Below, one piece after another: positions 47,804 through 58,336 of a stretch of DNA of 64,000 nucleotides (positions are counted from its first letter, which is position 1; each line of letters opens with the position of its first letter). Where the stretch lies: positions 544,001 through 608,000 of the forward strand of contig CAXXWC010000019.1 of the NCBI GenBank assembly GCA_963668645.2, written 5' to 3'. Both the position numbers and the translations under genes were made by a program. Under the pieces are notes generated by a model. It ran no database searches, was not told the origin of the DNA, and worked only from the letters and a program-made list of their open reading frames with translations. The DNA comes from Desulfobacterales bacterium (GTDB lineage Bacteria; Desulfobacterota; Desulfobacteria; Desulfobacterales; UBA2174).

Positions 47804-48994
47804 TCAGTCCACGCTGAGCTGGCTTTCCGCCCGGGCATTGAGATGGACCCGCGGCACGCGGGCCCCGACGGTGGTAACCACCTCGTAGTTGATGGTGCCC
47901 AGGATCCGGGCCACCTCGTCGGCGCTCAGTTCGGCTTCTGCCTGGCGTCCGAAGATGACCGCCTCGTCCCCCACGTCGATCTGGGCGTCGGGCCCGGCAT
48001 CGAGCATGCACATGTCCATGCAGATGCGTCCGGCGATGGGCGCCCGCCTCCCGCCGACCAGCATCTGGCCGGCGGAAGAAAACCGGCGGCTCAATCCGTC
48101 CGCATAGCCGGCGCCCACGGTGGCGATCACCGTGGGCTGTTCGGTGGTGTAGGTCATGCCGTAGCTGACATGAAATCCGGCCGGCACGCTTTTGACGTGA
48201 ACCACGCGTGTTTTGAGGGTCATGGCCGGTTTCAGGGCAACGCGGCTGCGGTCGACCTCATCCGAGGGGTAGAGACCGTACAGGGCGATCCCGCAGCGCA
48301 CCATGTCGAAATGGGTCTCGGGCATTTCCATGAGGGCGGCGCTGTTGGCCGCATGGCGGATGGGGATGCTCAGGCCGGCAAAGTGCAGGTGGTCGAGAAA
48401 ATCGGTGAACTTTTCCAGCTGGTCCAGGGTCGGATTCTTGTCCTTCTGGTCGGCGGCGGGAAAATGGGTGTAGACCCCCTCGAGTTCGATCCCCGGCAGA
48501 TGGGCGATGGCTTCCACCGCAAATACCGGATTGCCCGAAACGGCCTTGCCGGTGGGCGAAAAGTTGAAGACTTCCGGCATCAGTCCCAGGCGCCCCATGC
48601 CGGTGTCGACCTTGAGGTGCACCTTCAGGGTGTGCCCGGCGGCGCCGGCCGCTTCGCTGTATGCTTTGGCCGTTTCGAAGGAGTAGACCGTAGCGGTAAG
48701 ATCGTTGGCCAGCAGGATACCGGCCGCTTCAGGGGGCGTATAGCCGAAGATCAGGATCGGGGCCCGGATCCCGGCCTGGCGCAGCTGCACCCCCTCTTCC
48801 AGGCGGGCCACTCCCAGCCAGTCGGCCCCGGCCGCAAGGGCCTGCCAGGCCACGGCCACGGCCCCGTGGCCGTAAGCGTTGGCCTTGACCACGGCCATGA
48901 AGCGGGTCGGCGGGCTGGTCAGTTGGCGCAGGGCGCTGATGTTGTGGGCGATGGCATCCAGATCAACTTCGGCCCAGGTAAGCGCGGTTTCCAC
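47804..48994 (-). CDS. alr: Alanine racemase
   Basis: AVVKANAYGHG, KVDTGMGRLG, HAANSA, GYADG, GRICMD, GTINYE. Confidence 0.95.
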   Translation of the reverse strand: METALTWAEVDLDAIAHNISALRQLTSPPTRFMAVVKANAYGHGAVAVAWQALAAGADWLGVARLEEGVQLRQAGIRAPILIFGYTPPEAAGILLANDLTATVYSFETAKAYSEAAGAAGHTLKVHLKVDTGMGRLGLMPEVFNFSPTGKAVSGNPVFAVEAIAHLPGIELEGVYTHFPAADQKDKNPTLDQLEKFTDFLDHLHFAGLSIPIRHAANSAALMEMPETHFDMVRCGIALYGLYPSDEVDRSRVALKPAMTLKTRVVHVKSVPAGFHVSYGMTYTTEQPTVIATVGAGYADGLSRRFSSAGQMLVGGRRAPIAGRICMDMCMLDAGPDAQIDVGDEAVIFGRQAEAELSADEVARILGTINYEVVTTVGARVPRVHLNARAESQLSVD

Positions 48995-49260
48995 GGATCT
49001 CCTCCACAGGCTTGGCCCCGGCTGTTCGGGGTGTAAGTATCGGTGTCTGTTCACGTCAAATAGCGAAAACAGACGGATACTGCAACACGTATACGGGCCG
49101 CCAAGTGCAAATCGGCGCTCCGCAGGCGCCGGCAAACACCGGGGCCGGCAGCGCGCCGGGCAGTTTTCAGGAGTCGGAGAGTACCGTTCCCCGGGCCCTT
49201 GCAGGCTGCACGGCGGTTTCCGGCGGGAAAAGACGCTCCCCCGCCGGGAACCGCCGGTTC

Positions 49261-50376
49261 TCAGCCCAGCAGGCCGTCCACCGGCTCGAAGGGCAGGTCG
49301 AAAGCCTCGGCCACCCCCTTGTAGGTGACCTTTCCCAGGACCACGTTGGCGCCCCGCTTGATCTCGACGCTTTCGCGCATGGCCGCCTTCCACCCCTTGT
49401 CGGCGATGGTCACGGCATAGGGGAGGGTGGAGTTGGTCAGGGCCAGGGTCGAGGTCTTGGCCACGGCTCCGGGCATGTTGGCCACGCAGTAGTGGATCAC
49501 GCCGTCCACGGTATAGATCGGCTTGCCGTGGGTGGTGGCCTTGGAGGTCTCGAAGCAGCCGCCCTGGTCGATGGCCACGTCCACCATCACCGCACCGCAC
49601 TTCATGGTGGAGAGCATATCGCGGGTTACCAGCTTGGGGGCCTTGGCACCGGGGACCAGCACCGCACCGATAACCACATCGGCCTTGGGCATCAGCTCGC
49701 GGATGGCCGCCGGACTGGACATGATCAGAAAGCAGTTGGCCGGCATGATGTCGTCGAGGTAGCGCAGCCGGTCCGGATCCTTGTCGAGCAGGTAGACCTT
49801 GGCCCCCAGGCCGCAGGCCATCTTGGCGGCGTTGGTGCCGACCATGCCGCCGCCGATGACCACCACCGTTCCCGGTTCCACCCCGGGCACCCCGCCCAGC
49901 AGGATCCCCTGGCCGCCCTGGGCCATTTCCAGATACTTGGCCCCCTGCTGGATCGCCATGCGCCCGGCCACCTCACTCATCGGGGAAAGCAGCGGCAGGC
50001 TGCCGTCGTCTTTCTGGATGGTCTCGTAGGCGATATTGACCGAACGCCGGGCGATAAGGGCCCGTGTCTGGGGCTCGTCGGCCGCCAGATGCAGGTAGGT
50101 GAACACGATCTGGCCTTCGCGGATCAGGTCGTATTCGGGCGGCATCGGCTCCTTGACATGCATCACCATCTCGGCGCGGGCATAGATTTCCGCCGGCGTG
50201 GCCACGATTTCAGCCCCGGCGGCGATGTAGGCCGCATCGGTCAAGCCGCTGCCGGCGCCGGCGTCTTTTTCCACAAGCACGGTGTGGCCATGTTTGTGCA
50301 TGACCTCCGCTCCGGCCGGGGTCATGGACACCCGGTTCTCCTCTGTTTTGATCTCTTTTAGAATGCCGACGATCAT
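49261..50376 (-). CDS. ald: Alanine dehydrogenase
   Basis: [48 protein letters not shown]. Confidence 0.95.
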   Translation of the reverse strand: MIVGILKEIKTEENRVSMTPAGAEVMHKHGHTVLVEKDAGAGSGLTDAAYIAAGAEIVATPAEIYARAEMVMHVKEPMPPEYDLIREGQIVFTYLHLAADEPQTRALIARRSVNIAYETIQKDDGSLPLLSPMSEVAGRMAIQQGAKYLEMAQGGQGILLGGVPGVEPGTVVVIGGGMVGTNAAKMACGLGAKVYLLDKDPDRLRYLDDIMPANCFLIMSSPAAIRELMPKADVVIGAVLVPGAKAPKLVTRDMLSTMKCGAVMVDVAIDQGGCFETSKATTHGKPIYTVDGVIHYCVANMPGAVAKTSTLALTNSTLPYAVTIADKGWKAAMRESVEIKRGANVVLGKVTYKGVAEAFDLPFEPVDGLLG

Positions 50377-50459
50377 TTTTTGCCTCCTTGGCTGGGCCGG
50401 TGAAAACCACCGGTATTGTGAAATTGCTCGCCCACCGATCACGGTGGCGCATTCAGGCG

Positions 50460-50951
50460 TCAATCCGGATGCGTGCTCAGCTGCCGGCGCACCCCGGACG
50501 GCAGCAGCAGCCACTTGCGCCGGGAGGTCATCACCACGAAGGTCTCGCTCGATTTGATGCCCCCGAGCTTGTAGAGCTTCTCGCACAGAAAGCGGTGGAG
50601 CCCGGACATCCCGTCGGTGGAGATCACCTCGGCCATGATATCGTACTTGCCGGTGACCACCGCAGCCCAGTTGACCTGATCGAGGGCCGCGACCTTTTCC
50701 AGCATATCCTCGAGCTGGTAAGTGTCGAGGCAGATGCCCACCATGGCCACGGTCAGATCCCGGGCCAGGGCCGCATCCACCAGGGCCGCGACGCGCACCA
50801 TGCCGGCCTCGATCAACGCCTTGAGCCGGGAGCGCACCGTGGGCGCGGTCACCCCCATCGCCTGGCTCAGGGTGCCCACCGGAAGCCGGCCGTCTTGAAT
50901 CAGGTGCTCGATCAGGACCGCATCGCTGTTTTGGATATCGTTTCTGGACAT
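50460..50951 (-). CDS. Lrp/AsnC family regulator (probable ald regulator)
   Basis: L..DGR......A.GV..PTVR.R, VTGKYD; located upstream of ald. Confidence 0.88.
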   Translation of the reverse strand: MSRNDIQNSDAVLIEHLIQDGRLPVGTLSQAMGVTAPTVRSRLKALIEAGMVRVAALVDAALARDLTVAMVGICLDTYQLEDMLEKVAALDQVNWAAVVTGKYDIMAEVISTDGMSGLHRFLCEKLYKLGGIKSSETFVVMTSRRKWLLLPSGVRRQLSTHPD

Positions 50952-51105
50952 CGCCCTACCACCCGTGCCTGGATTGACGCCTGTTCTTCAATCCAGCCTA
51001 TAGCAGAAAAAATTATCGTGTCAAATTTTTTCTAAAGAAAAAATCTATAACGCGATTTTTCCTTCAAGAAATTAAGCCTCGGCGAAATCACCGTTTCTGC
51101 TGATT

Positions 51106-52038
51106 TCACTGCGGCTGCGGGGCAAGGAGCCGCTCAACCTCCAGCGGCTGCTGGATAAGCCCGTGCTGGTGCGCGAAATCGGCAAAACGCTGCCAGCGCA
51201 CCGTATCAAGCTCCTGGCTGCCGGCAAAGTAAGGACGCGTGAGGGCAAAGGCCTTCTTTTCCATTTGCCGGTCGGCCTCGGGCACGGCGTTGAAATAGAG
51301 GTCCAAAGCCTCGTCGGGGTTTTGGCGGACCGCATCGATACCCCGGGCCACGGCCGCCACGAAGGCGCCCAGGGCCGCGGAGCGCTTCTCGCGGGTCTTG
51401 CGGCCGCACACGAAGATCAGCTCGTCGTAGTCCGGGATGCCAAACTTTTCCAATTCAAAGTAGCCGGCAGCCAGGCCGCGCTGGGCCAATTCCACCGTTT
51501 CGTAGGTTTTGAAGGGGCCCATGATCGCATCGACCTGCCGGGTCGCCAGGGCCTGAACGATGGCAAAGCCCACGTTGACCGGCTCATAGCCCTGGATCCC
51601 GTTGATCTTGGCAAAGGCGGCCAGCAGCACGTCCATCATCCCGGGCACGGTGTAGCCGATTTTGCGGCCGGCAAGATCTGTGGGCGCATCGATCCCGCTT
51701 TTCTTTAAATAGAGGAGGGTGGTCAGGGGGTGCTCCACCAGGCGGCCCACCACCTGCAACGGCAGCCCCTGGGCCGCGGCCACGGTGGCCTGGGGTTGGT
51801 AGGAAACGGCCAGGTCCACCTGGCCGGCAGCCGCCAGCTTGAGCCCGTCGGTGGTTTCCGAGGGGCTCAGGATATCGACATCGAGCCCGGCAGCCATGAA
51901 AAAACCCTTTTGCTGGGCCACGTATACCGGCACATGGTCCACGTTGGGAAACCAGTCGAGCATCAGGGTCAGCTTTTCGGCCCCGGCCGGCCCGGCCAAG
52001 GCCACGATCAACACGCAGGCCAACAACAGCTTTTTCAT
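51106..52038 (-). CDS. NMT1/THI5 (ThiY-like) ABC substrate-binding protein
   Basis: LDWFPN..H.P.YVA...GFF, AVSYQPQ; lies downstream of a TPP riboswitch. Confidence 0.85.
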   Translation of the reverse strand: MKKLLLACVLIVALAGPAGAEKLTLMLDWFPNVDHVPVYVAQQKGFFMAAGLDVDILSPSETTDGLKLAAAGQVDLAVSYQPQATVAAAQGLPLQVVGRLVEHPLTTLLYLKKSGIDAPTDLAGRKIGYTVPGMMDVLLAAFAKINGIQGYEPVNVGFAIVQALATRQVDAIMGPFKTYETVELAQRGLAAGYFELEKFGIPDYDELIFVCGRKTREKRSAALGAFVAAVARGIDAVRQNPDEALDLYFNAVPEADRQMEKKAFALTRPYFAGSQELDTVRWQRFADFAHQHGLIQQPLEVERLLAPQPQ

Positions 52039-52142
52039 GGGAACATCCTTTCCAGATTTTTTGAGATCCTTGTTTATCAATGCCAAAGGCGGGACTGTCC
52101 GGTCTGCTCCGTTTTCTGTCCTCCGTCCACCGCCCTTCCCCT

Positions 52143-52880
52143 CTAGCGCCACGTCACCACCCGCCGTTCGATGGCCCCCACCAGGGCCCAGAGCCCCAGG
52201 CCCATGAGCGACAGGTAGAGGATGGCGGCAAAGACCAGGTCGACCTTGAGCCGGGCGTTGGCCTGGATCATCAGATACCCGAGTCCCTGCTGGGCCCCGA
52301 CCCACTCGCCGATCACCGCGCCGATGGTAGCCACCGAGACGCCCACCTTGAGCCCGGCGAAGAACCGGGGCAGGGCCCACGGCCAGTAGAGGTGGTGCAG
52401 GGCCTGGAAAAATCCGGCCCCCATGAGGGTAAAAAGAACCCGGTAGTCACGGTCGCAGTCCTTGAAGCCCTGGAGCAAACTCACGGTGATGGGAAAAAAG
52501 ATGATCACCGCGGCCATGAAAATCTTGCTCGCCATCCCGTAGCCGAGCCAGACCACCAGCAGGGGGGCCACGGCAAAAACCGGCACGGCCTGGGAAGCCA
52601 CCAGAAAGGGGGCCAGGGCCCGCTCCAGGACCGGATGGGCGAACATGGCCACCGAAAGGGGCAGGGCCACGGCCAGGGCCAGCAGGATGCCGGCCAGGAT
52701 TTCCGCCGCCGTCACCAGGGCATGGGGCCCCAGCAGGGCGGCCCGCATGACAGCCACCTGCAACACTGCCGAGGGGGCCGGCAGGATGTAGTCCGGCACC
52801 GCCAAACCGCGGCAGACCGCCTCCCAGGCGCCCAGCAGGACCAGCACGATCAGCAGGCTGACCACCTCAGGCCGCCGCAT
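52143..52880 (-). CDS. ABC permease (ThiX-like)
   Basis: ILPAPS, SQAVP.FA.APL, GAVIGEW.G...GLG. Confidence 0.85.
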   Translation of the reverse strand: MRRPEVVSLLIVLVLLGAWEAVCRGLAVPDYILPAPSAVLQVAVMRAALLGPHALVTAAEILAGILLALAVALPLSVAMFAHPVLERALAPFLVASQAVPVFAVAPLLVVWLGYGMASKIFMAAVIIFFPITVSLLQGFKDCDRDYRVLFTLMGAGFFQALHHLYWPWALPRFFAGLKVGVSVATIGAVIGEWVGAQQGLGYLMIQANARLKVDLVFAAILYLSLMGLGLWALVGAIERRVVTWR

Positions 52881-53616
52881 GGGAATACTCCTCTTGCAGC
52901 CGCGCCAGGGCACGGGCCCTGATGCGGATCAGGCGCGCATCGGCGCTGTCGCGCGGCTTGGTCCCCGGCACGACGATCTCTTCGACCACCCGCATGGGCG
53001 CGGCGGAAAGGATCAGGACCCGGTCGCCCAGCAACAGGGCTTCTTCGATGTCGTGGGTGATCATCAACAGGGTGCGCCCGAAATCGTGCTGCAAAAGGAG
53101 CAGCATGCTCTGGAGGCTGCGCCGGGTGATGGCGTCCAGGGCCGACAGGGGCTCGTCGAGCAGGACCAGCTCGCGGTCAAACATCAGGGTGCGCACCAGG
53201 GCGCAGCGCTGGCGCATGCCGCCGGAGACCGCCGCCGGCCGGAAGTCTTCGAACCCGCCCAGCCCCAGGCGCTGGAACAGCCGGTGCACCCGGTCCCGGG
53301 CCGCCCCAAGATCGGCCCCCCGCTGCAGGCGCACCGGCAGCAAGGCGTTCTCGGCCAGCGTGAGCCAGGGCAGGAGCAGGTCCTTTTGCTGCATGTAGGC
53401 CGCCTGGCTGCCGAGGTGATCGAAGGGCCGGCCGCGCCAGGAAATGGCGCCGTCATCCTTGGCCACCACCCCGGTGAGCAGGTCGAAAAGCGTGGTCTTG
53501 CCGCAGCCAGAGGGTCCGATGAGAACCGTAAAGCCGTTCAGGGGCAGGTCCAGGTCGAAGCCCTCGACCACCGGCAGCCCGTCGAAGCGCTTGGTGAGTC
53601 GGGATACGCAAAGCAT
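52867..53616 (-). CDS. ABC ATPase (ThiZ-like)
   Basis: GPSGCGKTT, QKDLLLPW, SGGMRQR, LDEP.SALD. Confidence 0.88.
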   Translation of the reverse strand: MLCVSRLTKRFDGLPVVEGFDLDLPLNGFTVLIGPSGCGKTTLFDLLTGVVAKDDGAISWRGRPFDHLGSQAAYMQQKDLLLPWLTLAENALLPVRLQRGADLGAARDRVHRLFQRLGLGGFEDFRPAAVSGGMRQRCALVRTLMFDRELVLLDEPLSALDAITRRSLQSMLLLLQHDFGRTLLMITHDIEEALLLGDRVLILSAAPMRVVEEIVVPGTKPRDSADARLIRIRARALARLQEEYSHAAA

Positions 53617-53717
53617 CGCAGCAACTCCCGCGGCCCGCTGGAAGCGAACCGTTTGGCGTCATGGATGCGATGCCGGTGGGGAAAGAGACGAACAGGCGGG
53701 TTTACGTCTGGCAGGTC

Positions 53718-53809
53718 CACTTTCCCACGCCGGCATGATCCGGATCAGGTCCAAGGGGTCGAAACTCGCAAAGTTTCCTCTCAGCCGATACCTATCGACT
53801 CCCCCAGTG
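53718..53809 (-). ncRNA. TPP riboswitch
   Basis: Minus strand: GGGGGAGTC...GGCTGAGAG...ACCCCTTGGACCTGATCCGGATCATGCCGGCGTGGGAA. Confidence 0.93.
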
Positions 53810-54267
53810 TGTCGGTTTGGCCTCTATCACCTTGGTTGGGCGGATGTCAAACAGCAACTCCGATAAGGCCCGAATCCGGCCGGAGAAGATTGGTTTTTTG
53901 GCTCCTTTGACACCCCGGAGCAGGCCAGCGAACAAAGATCTCTTGCCGGCTGTCGTTATTTCTTGCCGATCTGCCTAAATGCAGATTCCTTTTCGCTGAT
54001 GCTCTGTCCCCCTCCCCCACCTGTCATCCTGTTCCCCACTTCTTTCATTGTCATCCCGAGGAGTTTACGACGGGGATCTGCAGTTGCATAAGAAAAACTC
54101 CAAACAACCAAAACCTGCTCGAAATCGGTAGACGCAGTGAATTCGCCGCAGGGTATGACCACAAGGCACCGGCCGGCAGATGTAAATCATGGTCCACAGC
54201 CCGGCGATAATCGACGACTTGCAGGTTGCCAACGCATCGGTCCGGTGCTATGGGATTCGAACAGATC

Positions 54268-54353
54268 CGAGCAGGGGTGTTCCGGGGAGACATCCGGAAC
54301 TGAGAGCATACCCTTGGAACCTGATACAGTTCACACTGTCGTAGGAAGTTCGG
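54268..54353 (+). ncRNA. TPP riboswitch
   Basis: AGGGGTG...CTGAGAG.ATACCCTTGGAACCTGATACAGTTCACACTGTCGTAGGAAG. Confidence 0.93.
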
Positions 54354-54493
54354 AGCGCCGCACGCAACCTTGCCATCCGGCCGCCGTTTTTTTCCTTTCC
54401 AAGGCCCATCGTTCCACGGTTCCTCGACAACACCGCTGCCCGGGGTAACGTGTTGACCCGTTTCGATACTTATTTAAAGAAAGGCGTCCTATC

Positions 54494-55303
54494 ATGCGCG
54501 TCGCACTGACCATCGCCGGGTCGGACTCGTCCGGCGGGGCCGGCATCCAGGCGGATATCAAGGCCTTTCAGGCCCACGGGGTCTTCGGCACCAGTGCCAT
54601 AACCGCCGTGACCGTCCAGAACACCCAGGAGGTGCGTGCCGTCCAGGAGATCGACCCCGGGATTGTGCGCGACCAGATCCTGTGCCTCTTCGATGATATG
54701 CAAATCCACGCGGTCAAGATCGGCATGGTGGCCAGCACCCGGCTGATCGCGGCCGTGGCCGAAGCCCTGGAGCAGGTGGCGCGTCCGCCGGTGGTCCTCG
54801 ATCCGGTGATGATCTCCAAAAGCGGCTACCCCCTGCTGGACCCCGAGGCGCGCCAGGCCCTGGTGGAAAAGCTCTTCCCCCTGGCCGAGGTGGTGACCCC
54901 CAACATCCACGAGGCCGAGGCTCTGGTGGACGAGCGGATTGCCACGGTGGACGAGATGCGCGCTGCCGCGCAGAAAATTCTTTCCTTGGGGGCCGCCAAA
55001 GTGGTGGTCAAAGGCGGCCATCTGGGCGGGGACCTGGCCACGGACGTGCTCTGGGACGGGCGCGATTTCAAGGAGCTGACCGAGGCGCGCATCCAGAGCC
55101 GCCACACCCACGGCACCGGATGCACCTTTTCGTCCGCCGTGGCGGCCAACCTCGCCCTGGGTAAAAACTTTTTCGAGGCGGTGACCCAGGCCAAGGAGTA
55201 CATTACCCGGGCCATCGCCCAGGCCCCGGCCCTGGGCCGGGGGCACGGCCCGGTGCAGCACTTTTACGCCCTCTATCAAAAAGCGGGAATCGAAATCGAT
55301 TAA
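54494..55303 (+). CDS. thiD: Hydroxymethylpyrimidine/phosphomethylpyrimidine kinase
   Basis: LTIAGSDSSGGAGIQADIK, VKIGM, DPVM, TPN..EA, THGTGCT, G.GPV.H. Confidence 0.95.
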   Translation: MRVALTIAGSDSSGGAGIQADIKAFQAHGVFGTSAITAVTVQNTQEVRAVQEIDPGIVRDQILCLFDDMQIHAVKIGMVASTRLIAAVAEALEQVARPPVVLDPVMISKSGYPLLDPEARQALVEKLFPLAEVVTPNIHEAEALVDERIATVDEMRAAAQKILSLGAAKVVVKGGHLGGDLATDVLWDGRDFKELTEARIQSRHTHGTGCTFSSAVAANLALGKNFFEAVTQAKEYITRAIAQAPALGRGHGPVQHFYALYQKAGIEID

Positions 55304-55355
55304 GGTGACACAGCCGGGTCCTAAATTAATTGCATCCAACGCGGGGAGGTTGACC

Positions 55356-55877
55356 ATGTCCGCATCGCCTTTGCATTCCGAAACCCGGCGCACCGCCTAC
55401 GCCGTGGTCCTGGTGGCCATGGGCGTGGCCCTGGCGCCGTACACATCCATTCCGGTGGGCATCGCCAAGATCAACCCCACCCAGCACTTCGTCAACGTAC
55501 TGGCCGCCGTGCTGCTCGGCCCCTGGTGGGCGACCCTGGTGGCCGGGGTCATCGCCGTGCTGCGCAACGTGATGGGGGTCGGCACCCTGCTGGCCTTTCC
55601 CGGCGGGATGATCGGGGCTTTGCTGGCCGGGCTCTGCTACCGCCGGTGGCGCCGGCTGCTGCCGGCCGCGGCGGGCGAGGTGGTCGGCACCGGCCTGATC
55701 GCACCGCTGGCCAGCGCGACCCTGGTGGCGCCGGTCCTGATGGGCAAGGCTATCCCCCTGATGGCCCTGCTGCCCTCCTTTTTGCTGAGCACCCTGGCCG
55801 GGGCCGGACTGGGGGTCATGGCCCTTCGGCTGTTGGAACGGGCCGAACTCATCGACCTTCAGGACCGCCCGACTTGA
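55356..55877 (+). CDS. thiW: ECF S-component ThiW (thiazole)
   Basis: P.QH.VNV..AVLLGP, R...G.GTLLAFPG.M.GA, GEV.GTG. Confidence 0.88.
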   Translation: MSASPLHSETRRTAYAVVLVAMGVALAPYTSIPVGIAKINPTQHFVNVLAAVLLGPWWATLVAGVIAVLRNVMGVGTLLAFPGGMIGALLAGLCYRRWRRLLPAAAGEVVGTGLIAPLASATLVAPVLMGKAIPLMALLPSFLLSTLAGAGLGVMALRLLERAELIDLQDRPT

Positions 55878-57544
55878 CGCCAAGCACACCGTTCATCCAG
55901 GCCGAAGACCTAGGCTACACCTACCCCACCGCCGGCGGCCGGCCGGTCCTGAATCACATCGATCTGGAGCTGGGCGCCGATGCCTACCTGTTGCTCAGCG
56001 GCGCCAGCGGGTGCGGCAAATCAACCCTGTGCCGCACCTTCAATGGCCTGATTCCCCATTTTTACGGCGGCAGGCTCACCGGGTCGGTGGCGGTGGACGG
56101 CCGGCCTACCGTCGATACCACCGTGGCCCGGCTCATCGACCGGGTCGGCATGGTCTTCCAGAACCCCGAAGCCCAGCTCTTCAACCGCACCGTGGCCCGC
56201 GAGATCGCCTTCGGCCTGGAAAGCCTGGGCCTCCAACGCCGGCAGATCGGCCGGCGCATCCTCGAAAGCGCCGCGACAATGGGCATCGAAAACCTGCTCG
56301 AACGCCATCCCCACCACCTTTCGGGGGGCGAACAGCAGCTGGCGGCCATGGCGGCCGTCATGGCCCTGCACCCCCGGGTCTTGATTCTGGACGAACCGTT
56401 TGCCAACCTCGATCCGCTCAGCGTGGCGCGCATGCGCCGGTCCCTGGCACAGATCGGAGAGCACGGCCATGCCCTGGTGGTCTGCGAACACCGGCTCAAC
56501 CTCACCGCGGCCGATGCCGGGCGCATGGTGGTCCTCGAGGGCGGCAGGATCGCGGCCGACGGGACCCCGGCCCGGATCCTGGCAAACGATCCGGCGCCCT
56601 GGGGCCTGGCAGCGCCCCTGGCGGCGGCGGCCAGCCGGCAGCTGGGACTTTCACCGGCAATCCTCGATCCGGATCGGCTTCCTTTGCCCCCCGATGCGGC
56701 CGCGCAGTTCCTCGACCTGATGGCCCTGCCGCCGGCCGTGGCCTATGGTGGGAAGCCCCTGCTCCAAGTCGAGGGGCTGGCCGGCCGGGCCGGGGACCGC
56801 GAGGTGCTGCGGGACATTTCCTTTTGCCTGCACCGGGGCGAAGTGGCGGCCCTGGTGGGGGCCAACGGGGCCGGCAAGACGACCCTGGTGCGCCACCTCA
56901 ACGGCCTGGCCAAGCCGGCGTCAGGCCGGGTGGTGGTGGCGGGCGAGGATACACGCCGTTCGCGCACCTCGGCTTTAGCCCGGCACATCGGAATCGCATT
57001 CCAGAATCCCAACAGCCAGTTTTTCAAACTCACGGTGGGCGACGAGATCCGAGTGGCGCCCCAGGCCCTGGGTTGCACCGAAGAGCAATGGCTGGACCAA
57101 CTCATTAGCCGGCTGCACCTCGAGAACCTGCTCCACCGGTCCCCGTTCCGGCTCAGCGGGGGCGAAAAAAAACGCGTGGCCTTTGCCGCGGCCCTGGCTT
57201 CCCGGCCCGAGCTCCTGATCCTGGACGAGCCCACCGCCGGCCAGGACGCTTTTTTTCGCCAGGCCCTGGCCGATCTTCTGGCCTCCCTGGCAGCCGAGGG
57301 CTGCACCGTCTTGATGGTCACCCACGACCTTTCCTTTGCCGAACGCTGCGCCGGCCGCTGGCTCGTGCTTTGCGACGGGGCCATCGCCGCCGACGGCCCG
57401 CCGGCCGCCATCATGGCCGACAGCGCCCTGATGGCCCGCAGCGGTCTTACGCCCACGGAGCGCTTCCTCCTGGCACGGCGCATAGATGAGATCGGCACCC
57501 ACGGCCCCGGCGATGCACCTTTTACCGGCCGCAAGCCCCGGTGA
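55874..57544 (+). CDS. ECF transporter duplicated ATPase
   Basis: Two ABC domains (GASGCGKST/VFQNP/LSGGE and GANGAGKTT/FQNP/LSGGEK); TTG start overlapping the thiW stop. Confidence 0.85.
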   Translation: MTPSTPFIQAEDLGYTYPTAGGRPVLNHIDLELGADAYLLLSGASGCGKSTLCRTFNGLIPHFYGGRLTGSVAVDGRPTVDTTVARLIDRVGMVFQNPEAQLFNRTVAREIAFGLESLGLQRRQIGRRILESAATMGIENLLERHPHHLSGGEQQLAAMAAVMALHPRVLILDEPFANLDPLSVARMRRSLAQIGEHGHALVVCEHRLNLTAADAGRMVVLEGGRIAADGTPARILANDPAPWGLAAPLAAAASRQLGLSPAILDPDRLPLPPDAAAQFLDLMALPPAVAYGGKPLLQVEGLAGRAGDREVLRDISFCLHRGEVAALVGANGAGKTTLVRHLNGLAKPASGRVVVAGEDTRRSRTSALARHIGIAFQNPNSQFFKLTVGDEIRVAPQALGCTEEQWLDQLISRLHLENLLHRSPFRLSGGEKKRVAFAAALASRPELLILDEPTAGQDAFFRQALADLLASLAAEGCTVLMVTHDLSFAERCAGRWLVLCDGAIAADGPPAAIMADSALMARSGLTPTERFLLARRIDEIGTHGPGDAPFTGRKPR

Positions 57545-57682
57545 AATTTTTATCGGTTTCAACCCAAGGCGGAATGTGGCATTTACGTCCCTCCGGAGTG
57601 CATCCGGAATCCATTTTATTACCAGGCTGAAAGTTTGGCTGGATGATGCGGAAAACAATTTCGGAATTTTTGCGAAAACGTC

Positions 57683-58336
57683 ATGCTTGATCCACGCAGC
57701 CGTCTGGCCCTGGCCTGCGGCTGGGCCGGGGCCGTGGTGGCCGCCGGCCGGCCGGAAAGCGTTGTCGGGTCCTACCTGATGCTGCTTGCGGCGGTGGGGT
57801 GGCTGCGGCGCTGGAGCGCCTACGGCCGCTGGCTGCGCCTGGTGGTGCCCATGGCGCTGTTTTTCGGAACCCTGACCCTGTGGGCCGCCGGGCTGGAGGC
57901 CGGAGGGATGGCAGCCCTCAAACTGCTGAGTCTGACCACGACCTTTTTCGTCTTTTTCGAAACCACGGCCCCGGAGGATCTGGGCAACAGCCTGGTACGG
58001 GCCGGGCTGCCCTTTGCGGCCGCCTTCGTCTTTGCCGCGGCCTTGCAGTTCGTGCCGGTGATCGGCCGCAAGGCCCGGACCGTCATCGACGCCCAGCGCA
58101 GCCGCGGCATCGGCCTTGAGGCGGGCTGGGCCGCCCTGCGCCACTGGCCCGCCTTTTTGGCGCCGCTGCTGATCCAGTCCTTTACCCTGGCCGACGAGCT
58201 GGCCGAGGCCATGGAAGCCCGCGGCTTTTCGCGGCCCGGGCGAACCTTTTACCGAGACTTTCACATGGGCCCGGCCGACTGGCTGGCCTCGACCGGGGCC
58301 CTCGCGATTCTGGCATTGGGAATATGGTGGCTGTAA
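57683..58336 (+). CDS. ecfT: ECF transmembrane component T
   Basis: LDPR, AQRSRG, AEAMEARGF motifs. Confidence 0.88.
   Translation: MLDPRSRLALACGWAGAVVAAGRPESVVGSYLMLLAAVGWLRRWSAYGRWLRLVVPMALFFGTLTLWAAGLEAGGMAALKLLSLTTTFFVFFETTAPEDLGNSLVRAGLPFAAAFVFAAALQFVPVIGRKARTVIDAQRSRGIGLEAGWAALRHWPAFLAPLLIQSFTLADELAEAMEARGFSRPGRTFYRDFHMGPADWLASTGALAILALGIWWL

Noticed and set aside
57545..57682. More AT-rich 138-bp gap inside the ECF operon as a mobile-element remnant
   Set aside because: No terminal repeats, target duplication or second copy were found.
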